Shown here in pieces: positions 58,021-64,000 of a stretch of 64,000 bases of DNA. The notes beneath the pieces were generated by a model. That model had not been told where the DNA came from, did no database searches, and saw only the letters and a program-made list of their open reading frames with translations. Where the stretch lies: positions 91,095 through 155,094 of the forward strand of contig JBAYGI010000001.1 in the NCBI GenBank assembly GCA_041666745.1, in the 5' to 3' direction. The stretch comes from Candidatus Magasanikiibacteriota bacterium (GTDB lineage Bacteria; Patescibacteriota; Patescibacteriia; Magasanikbacterales; GWA2-37-8). Numbering within the stretch: the first letter of the stretch is position 1; each line of letters begins with the position of its first letter. Position numbers and translations under genes: made by a program.

Positions 58021-58626
58021 ATGTTTGCAATGCTACTTCGTCACACCAAATTAATTTTGGTGTGGGGTATATTAATCGCGATATTATCGGCGGCGGTAAG
58101 TTTGTTGTTTCCGTGGCAGTATAGTGCGGAGAGTCAGGTGTTGATTATTTCTCGTGATCGTAGTGGGGTAGATCCATATACACAGTCCAAAGCGGCCGAG
58201 CGTATTGGAGAAAATTTGGCTCAGGTAATGCAGACGGATGATTTCAAAGGAAAAGTAATGGAAATGCCATCGGCTACTTTTGACAAAACTCGCTGGTCCA
58301 ATTTGACTGATAGAAAACAAAAAAAACAATGGCAAAAAGATGTGGTGGGTCAAATGTTGTATGGTACCAGTCTGATGAAAATCACAGTGTATAGCAACCA
58401 AAACGATGTCTTGCCGTTGGCTTCCGCGGTTACCGAAACTCTCACCACTCATGGTTGGGAATACGTCGGTGGTGATGTGGCGATAAAAACTGTGAATCAG
58501 CCGATTGTTTCACAATGGATTACCAGACCAAATATTATTTTAAATGGCGTGCTCGGCTTTTTGGCCGGCATAGTTTTGTCATCCGCTTGGGTGATAAAAT
58601 ACAAACGCCACATGTTTGGACTTTAA
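58021..58626 (+). CDS. Wzz/CapA-like chain-length determinant family protein
   Basis: N-terminal TM, Y.AESQVLI, RPNI.LN...GFLAG C-terminal TM. Confidence 0.7.
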   Translation: MFAMLLRHTKLILVWGILIAILSAAVSLLFPWQYSAESQVLIISRDRSGVDPYTQSKAAERIGENLAQVMQTDDFKGKVMEMPSATFDKTRWSNLTDRKQKKQWQKDVVGQMLYGTSLMKITVYSNQNDVLPLASAVTETLTTHGWEYVGGDVAIKTVNQPIVSQWITRPNIILNGVLGFLAGIVLSSAWVIKYKRHMFGL

Positions 58627-58646
58627 TTTATTTTTTATAATTTTAT

Positions 58647-58961
58647 ATGTCACAACAAAATCCATTGGAGGAATTAATTTTGCAAATTTTAAATGAAAAT
58701 GGTTTTGATAAATTGGATGATGAGGCAAAAAAAACTTATTTACCACAATTCATGGCTCAGGCTGAACAACGCATCGGTGCGGCTTTATTGCCATTGTTAA
58801 ACGAAGAATCTGCCAACCGCTTCGTAGAGCTGACAAAAAAACAAGCCAAACCGGCCGACTGGCTGACTTTTTGGCATGACAATATTCCTAATTTTGATGA
58901 AGTGGTCAAAAAAACTTTGACTGATTTCGCGTTAGAAGTAAAAGAATCATTCCAATTTTAA
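58647..58961 (+). CDS. DUF5663-like hypothetical protein
   Basis: G.D.L....K......F.......RIG..L...L...IPNFDEVV pattern. Confidence 0.65.
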   Translation: MSQQNPLEELILQILNENGFDKLDDEAKKTYLPQFMAQAEQRIGAALLPLLNEESANRFVELTKKQAKPADWLTFWHDNIPNFDEVVKKTLTDFALEVKESFQF

Positions 58962-58965
58962 TTTT

Positions 58966-59175
58966 ATGGGGGGTACAATAGTGGTTGATGAAAATTTAAA
59001 ACCAATCAGCGGTGATCATCTGGTAGTGGTGGCAAATTTTGCTATCCAAAAAGCTTTGGCTCGTCTTGATGTTTTTGAAACTGAAATAAAAATTTTGAAC
59101 AAACACCTGAGGGAACTAGAAAAAGAAATGAAAATAAAAAAAGTCAATCGTTTCATTAATAAACAAACTTCTTAG
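58966..59175 (+). CDS. Hypothetical coiled-coil protein
   Basis: 69-aa ORF tightly packed between its neighbours. Confidence 0.6.
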   Translation: MGGTIVVDENLKPISGDHLVVVANFAIQKALARLDVFETEIKILNKHLRELEKEMKIKKVNRFINKQTS

Positions 59176-59178
59176 TAT

Positions 59179-62100
59179 ATGCCTAGAAGAGAAACCCATC
59201 GCTCTTTACCTGAAACTTGGAAATTTTTTGATCCAAGTGATTTTCACCCTAATGATGAAATAGTTTTTCATAATCCCGATAATAACAAATGGGAAAAAGG
59301 TAGACTGGCCAATTCACCACCTTCGCCAGGCGTTCCAATTGTTGATCGGGATAGTCGTCGTATTTATATAGAAAACACCAGTGGTACTCCAGTCGGTATA
59401 GAGTTGAGAATTCCGCCCAAAAAAGTGGACAAGGTTGTTTTGAATAAAAAAATAAAAATTTCTATCGAAGACAAACCGGGATCACACACATTGGTAATTT
59501 ATCAGGTTCAACAGGATGCCACCAATCATGAACCAATTTGGAATGTCGGTCCGGACGGAGAAATAGAAGTGACCTTGGTTCCAGTAACACCAGATGCAAA
59601 TCGCAAAGAGATTAGCAATGTAAACATTGATACTTTGAAAAATGTTCAAGAGATTGAACAGGTAGAATCCTTGGCAGATACTCGGATCAATGCTTTGCGT
59701 ACTCAGATTGATACTATCGCCAATATTAGACGTAAAGAATTGCTTAAAAAAGTAACCGATTTAGATGCAGAAATTAAAAAATTAGTTAATCAGGCCGGCC
59801 ATTTTGATGAGATGGGAGATTTGGAAGGAAGTGAAATTGAGCACGTTGCTGTCCAGATTAAAGAATTGCGTCGTAAGGTAGAAAATGATGTACGCGCCAT
59901 TCAATCCGATTTGGTGAAACTACAAACTGAATTAAATGCCCCCGGTTCCGGTGATTTGGCTAGAAAAAAAGTTGGTGGCAGAGTGATTGAAAATATAAAC
60001 AAATTACAATCCAACATGGAAAAAGTGTGGGCGGATTATGACGCTGATCAAGCTGTCGATCACACGCATGCGGCCTGGGCCATCAAAGATGCGGCTTGGG
60101 TAATAGCGAATACTGCTTTTCAAGCTCGTTTGGCTGCACATGCCGCCAATCCCAATTCTAGAGGTAACGCGCCAACCTTTAATCAGATCCGAGAAGTAGA
60201 ACCACCACGTGCGATTGGCTTGACAGAGCCGGATCCAAATCATGTTCCCAAAGACAAATTTCTTAATGCATTCAACCAATTTAATCTTAGTTTTCAAAAC
60301 GCTAATAATGCGGCAGGTCGTGCAGATCCAAATTTACAACCATACAGAGATATGGCGGCTGAGATCGACCGAAGATTGACGGAGCGCAAGAATCAAGATG
60401 GTGTGGTTGGTGCTTATCCGGCCATAGATCCAAATATTGGTAGGCCGGCTGGAGCTCCGCGACTTCCATTTTATTCTTATATAGAAGAAGATAGGGTTCT
60501 GGGTGAAATAGTATTGCAAGTAGCCAAAGAATGGAGTGAAAAAGAAGTTGTTGAAACAGCAAAATTCGATTTTAAAAAAGAACAAGACGAACTGGATGTA
60601 AAAATTAAAGAATTAATAACTAAAGCCGATACGCTTGCTTTGAAAAATACAACTTTGGAAGTGACGGCCGATGCCCTGAGAGCCGATCTGAACACATTAA
60701 ATGGTTACACCAAAACCACACCGGGTGTTGAAAATCTGATGGCGAATATTTGGCGAGATATTGGTAATCGTGAAATTATTTTGTTTCAAGAAGAATCACG
60801 CACCACCGGTCGTAGTGAAAAATTAAAAGAAATAGACGTAGATTTGCCACCGAGTGTGTTGCGAGAGATTTTGGCTGGCAGAGAAAATCAAGTAGCCGAT
60901 GTGATGCGCCAGGCATATACCAACCAAATTGAAGGCGGTGCTGGTATGCAAGCCGGTATTGAGGAAGCGATGAAACGTCTATTTGAACCTTCACCAACTC
61001 AAACTGGTCCGCGTGGTGCTCAAGGAAATTTACAAGCCAACGAGGCGATGATTGCTCGTTTGCGACAATATGGAATAAAAGATTGGCGACATTTTAAAAA
61101 ATTGTGGGATGAAAAGTTAGCTCCAGAGGCAAGTAAATTAATACACAGTTGGGCACAGGATGATATCACAAATGAAATCGCTCGAAATTCCAGTCAGCTG
61201 GAAAAAATCCGAGCCATAGGTGGACAGATGGCGGTGCGTGTATTGCTTAATGTTGCGTTAGTCGGCGGTGGTGTAGTTGGAGCTTCGGCAATTTTTGCCA
61301 GTGGCGGTTTGGCTGGTCTGGCTTTGGTGGCGGCCGGTGGTGCGGTCGGCGGTGGTGTACGCGCCGGTTTACAAAAATTTGTATTTGGTGGTAATAATAT
61401 GGTGGGTAAATGGTTTGCGGATAGACAAACCGCCCAACTGGCTGAACTTGGCCGACGTGAAAGAGAGCGCGCCATCAACAATTTATTAACCAATCGTTTT
61501 GGAAATGATCACGCCAACAATCCGGTTTTTGCCGGAGATAGTTTGCGAATGTTTACTTCGATGTTGGCGCAAGCTGGGCGTGAAGCTTCTGCGGAAAATG
61601 TTGAAACAGATAAATACGCTGATGAACAAAAATTATCCGGTGATTCCAGACGTATATACATGGAAGCAATAAAAGATATTGAAAATGCCGGTGATGTGCC
61701 ATCAGAAAAACAAAAAATGGCTTGCGCGATTGCTATTAAAAAATTGCAGGAGCGAACTGTAGGTTCTATCTCCGAGGCCCTTCCGGACAATCCAATGATC
61801 GTGAGGATTTTGGATGGTGTGATGCAGGGTTATACTGGAAATTTGGCACGAAGTGATAAATATGGTTATGGGGGTGCGGCGGCCACGGTAGTTTTGGGTG
61901 GTGCTTCGGCAATAGCATTTGCCGCTGATCAGACTTGGGCTAGAGCCACTATGGGTGGTATTGGTGGTGCGTTAGTTGGTTATAATGTGGTAGAAGGCAG
62001 ACGAGCGAGAGCCGAAATGCAAACAGCCAGAAATACTGTTGAACATTTACTCAATACAGGCGAACAAGAGTTCGATAGAATTTTAACAGCTAGAGAAAAT

Positions 62101-64000
62101 AATTTGAATATTCTTCCAGTCGACTTAGATCCTCTCATAACTAATGTACAAAGATTGAATCGTTTATTGCATGGACATGCCGACACAGTTGCAGATAAAC
62201 ATGCCGCTCAAGTATTGATCAATGAAAAAGGATTGAGAAAACAAGTAGAAAATTTAGTTTATCAAACATACCGACGTGGTATTTTTGCTCAACGAGCTAT
62301 TGGTGAAATAGAAAATCATTCCAGAGCGGCGACGGCAGAAAATAATATTACTATAGGTAATCAAACGAATAGTTGGTTTAGAAAAACCGGTACGCGCGCT
62401 TTGGGTATAGTAGGTGGTGCGGCGGTTGGTGCCACGGCAGCGGTTTTGATAGGATATGGAGTAAAAGAAATGAAAGAATTGGCCGGTTTTGGTAGTCCTG
62501 CTAGCACTGGTGGTGTTGAAGGTGAAAAAGGTGGCGCGGCGACAAAAGTAGCTGAAGTTGCTGTAGCTGGAAAAGTTCTTTCTGGTGTGGCTCCAACTGA
62601 ACCCACTCCAATATCTGCACCGTCAGCGACAGAAGTTGTACACGGTGGAGGATCAACTCACCCCGAAGTCGCCCCCGCACACACCGAAGTCGCACCATCT
62701 CGTCCAGCCGGTTTGATTGAAGCGCCAACAAAAGTCAGCGGAGTGCCAGATTGGCGTGCTCAGATTATGGCAAAATTGGGGATTATCGAACTCGGTCATG
62801 GTTCGAGAGCTCATTCATTGGATTTTCACCCAGGGGCAAAAATTACTTTGATAGATTCTCATGGTAATCAGGTCATAGATAAACATGGTAATGTAGTAGA
62901 ATATACATTTCCAAAAGGTGGCACTCCTCATGAGGCGATGAACAAACTACAAATCGGCGCCAAAGGTTTGTTGAAAGCCGGTGAAATACCAACGGTAAAA
63001 ATTTCCGGTGATGTGGATGTGAATAAGAATTTGCATATTGAACATCATACGGGTGGAAAAACACATATTGATCATATGCCTGAGCGTGCACCACAAAAGG
63101 TTTCCATGTATAAACCGGTCAAAATTTTTAATGAGGATTATGAGTCTAAATTAAAGATTAACATGACTGATCGTGCACGAATAAAATTTGATGAACTCCA
63201 AAGACATCTAAGTAGGCAGTCCAATGCATTGGATGAATTGAAATCTCACGGTGGTGATCGTGGGGAAATTCAGGATACCGCTAAAGAGATGATGCGTACT
63301 ATGAAAGATTTAAAGGCGTTTGTTGGTGATGGGGTTGCTACACCAAAAGCAATTTTTGATAATGATTTGTTATATAAAATTACTCATGCTACCGTAGGAA
63401 TGAAAGACATTGCCCCAAGTAGAATAACTGCCACCGCAGGTGTGACAGACAGCACTCCAAGCAGAACTACATGGACTACCGGCGGTGAAGTAACAAACAG
63501 ATCTGAACTGGAAGCGATGTTGAAAGGTACAACTCCAGGTGGACCGGCAGAGGCTGTGACTCCACAAGGTGGTGTCAAAGTTAGTGCAGTCGGTGAGGTG
63601 GCACATCCGGCGGTGGGTGGTGTCGAACATGTGCCGACCAAATTTGCTGGGCATGAAGGACAATACAGTGCGTTACAAAATATTAAACATGACGTCGCTT
63701 CCACTTTAAAAGATGGAGTATTGGCAACCGATGTTTCTCATGACGGATCAAATGTATTATCAAAATTGTTAGGTAAAATAGAAACAGCTCTAGCCAAATC
63801 ACCAAAATTAATGGATAGTGAGGTAGTTAAAGATGCCTTGGATCCAAATTTAAACAGAACACCGGACACTCGTTTGCTACAATTGCTTACCGAGCTGGAT
63901 GCAAAACATATTTTAAAGCTTAGTCCTGAAGAGCGCATATTGGCAGGTGAAGATTTTGCCAAAGGTGATGACTTTGTTACTGTCAAAAACGTTAGCTATA
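59179..64000 (+). CDS. Giant hypothetical protein (>1600 aa, 3'-truncated; absent from the ORF track)
   Basis: ATG 59179, MPRRETHRSLPETW...; no stop seen in the parts read and none listed by the track in this frame; coiled-coil regions plus Gly/Ala-rich hydrophobic segments. Confidence 0.85.
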   Translation, partial: MPRRETHRSLPETWKFFDPSDFHPNDEIVFHNPDNNKWEKGRLANSPPSPGVPIVDRDSRRIYIENTSGTPVGIELRIPPKKVDKVVLNKKIKISIEDKPGSHTLVIYQVQQDATNHEPIWNVGPDGEIEVTLVPVTPDANRKEISNVNIDTLKNVQEIEQVESLADTRINALRTQIDTIANIRRKELLKKVTDLDAEIKKLVNQAGHFDEMGDLEGSEIEHVAVQIKELRRKVENDVRAIQSDLVKLQTELNAPGSGDLARKKVGGRVIENINKLQSNMEKVWADYDADQAVDHTHAAWAIKDAAWVIANTAFQARLAAHAANPNSRGNAPTFNQIREVEPPRAIGLTEPDPNHVPKDKFLNAFNQFNLSFQNANNAAGRADPNLQPYRDMAAEIDRRLTERKNQDGVVGAYPAIDPNIGRPAGAPRLPFYSYIEEDRVLGEIVLQVAKEWSEKEVVETAKFDFKKEQDELDVKIKELITKADTLALKNTTLEVTADALRADLNTLNGYTKTTPGVENLMANIWRDIGNREIILFQEESRTTGRSEKLKEIDVDLPPSVLREILAGRENQVADVMRQAYTNQIEGGAGMQAGIEEAMKRLFEPSPTQTGPRGAQGNLQANEAMIARLRQYGIKDWRHFKKLWDEKLAPEASKLIHSWAQDDITNEIARNSSQLEKIRAIGGQMAVRVLLNVALVGGGVVGASAIFASGGLAGLALVAAGGAVGGGVRAGLQKFVFGGNNMVGKWFADRQTAQLAELGRRERERAINNLLTNRFGNDHANNPVFAGDSLRMFTSMLAQAGREASAENVETDKYADEQKLSGDSRRIYMEAIKDIENAGDVPSEKQKMACAIAIKKLQERTVGSISEALPDNPMIVRILDGVMQGYTGNLARSDKYGYGGAAATVVLGGASAIAFAADQTWARATMGGIGGALVGYNVVEGRRARAEMQTARNTVEHLLNTGEQEFDRILTARENNLNILPVDLDPLITNVQRLNRLLHGHADTVADKHAAQVLINEKGLRKQVENLVYQTYRRGIFAQRAIGEIENHSRAATAENNITIGNQTNSWFRKTGTRALGIVGGAAVGATAAVLIGYGVKEMKELAGFGSPASTGGVEGEKGGAATKVAEVAVAGKVLSGVAPTEPTPISAPSATEVVHGGGSTHPEVAPAHTEVAPSRPAGLIEAPTKVSGVPDWRAQIMAKLGIIELGHGSRAHSLDFHPGAKITLIDSHGNQVIDKHGNVVEYTFPKGGTPHEAMNKLQIGAKGLLKAGEIPTVKISGDVDVNKNLHIEHHTGGKTHIDHMPERAPQKVSMYKPVKIFNEDYESKLKINMTDRARIKFDELQRHLSRQSNALDELKSHGGDRGEIQDTAKEMMRTMKDLKAFVGDGVATPKAIFDNDLLYKITHATVGMKDIAPSRITATAGVTDSTPSRTTWTTGGEVTNRSELEAMLKGTTPGGPAEAVTPQGGVKVSAVGEVAHPAVGGVEHVPTKFAGHEGQYSALQNIKHDVASTLKDGVLATDVSHDGSNVLSKLLGKIETALAKSPKLMDSEVVKDALDPNLNRTPDTRLLQLLTELDAKHILKLSPEERILAGEDFAKGDDFVTVKNVSY

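Noticed and set aside
60004-63986. Minus-strand ORFs listed in the track
   Set aside because: Antisense shadows of the giant + strand ORF starting at 59179.
1-64000. Alternative genetic code (UGA recoding)
   Set aside because: Conserved genes are full length in code 11, and several (secA, arfB) end at TGA where expected.

Overview
AT-rich bacterial chromosome segment. Gene content and style point to Patescibacteria/CPR, possibly Magasanikbacteria-like (inference): VirD4-like ATPases, pilM/pilin/pilD, SecD with inserted parvulin domains, and AU-rich leaders mostly lacking Shine-Dalgarno (SD) motifs. Housekeeping genes include secA, secDF, folD, dnaX, cysS, ligA, ppsA, infC-rpmI-rplT, smpB, tmRNA, tRNA-Gln and tRNA-Asp. 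Main points of interest: (1) An ~8.85-kb element (44848-53698) is integrated at the tRNA-Asp 3' end. It encodes a large serine recombinase, an HUH rolling-circle Rep and an RM/defence cluster, followed by two 0.7-0.8-kb one- or two-gene modules. The modules are separated by repeated composite att-like sites, giving an integron-like tandem cassette array; the att site lies inside the recombinase 3' end. (2) Four unannotated small RNAs each have their own near-consensus sigma70 promoter and terminator-like end: one after a DUF3800 gene, two related ones facing an orphan PemK/MazF and a pemK remnant, and one long hairpin with an anti-SD loop after rplT. (3) Two GC-rich small-membrane-protein cassettes share a leader hairpin, a 93-bp trailer and a promoter spacer with a variable poly-G tract. 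(4) A cobalamin-riboswitch operon encodes a split transcobalamin-like system. (5) Smaller observations: PpsA fused to a lipoprotein-like tail, REP-like palindromes inserted in frame in secA and ligA, and a >1600-aa ORF running off the window end that the ORF track misses. All calls come from reading the sequence; no searches were run.
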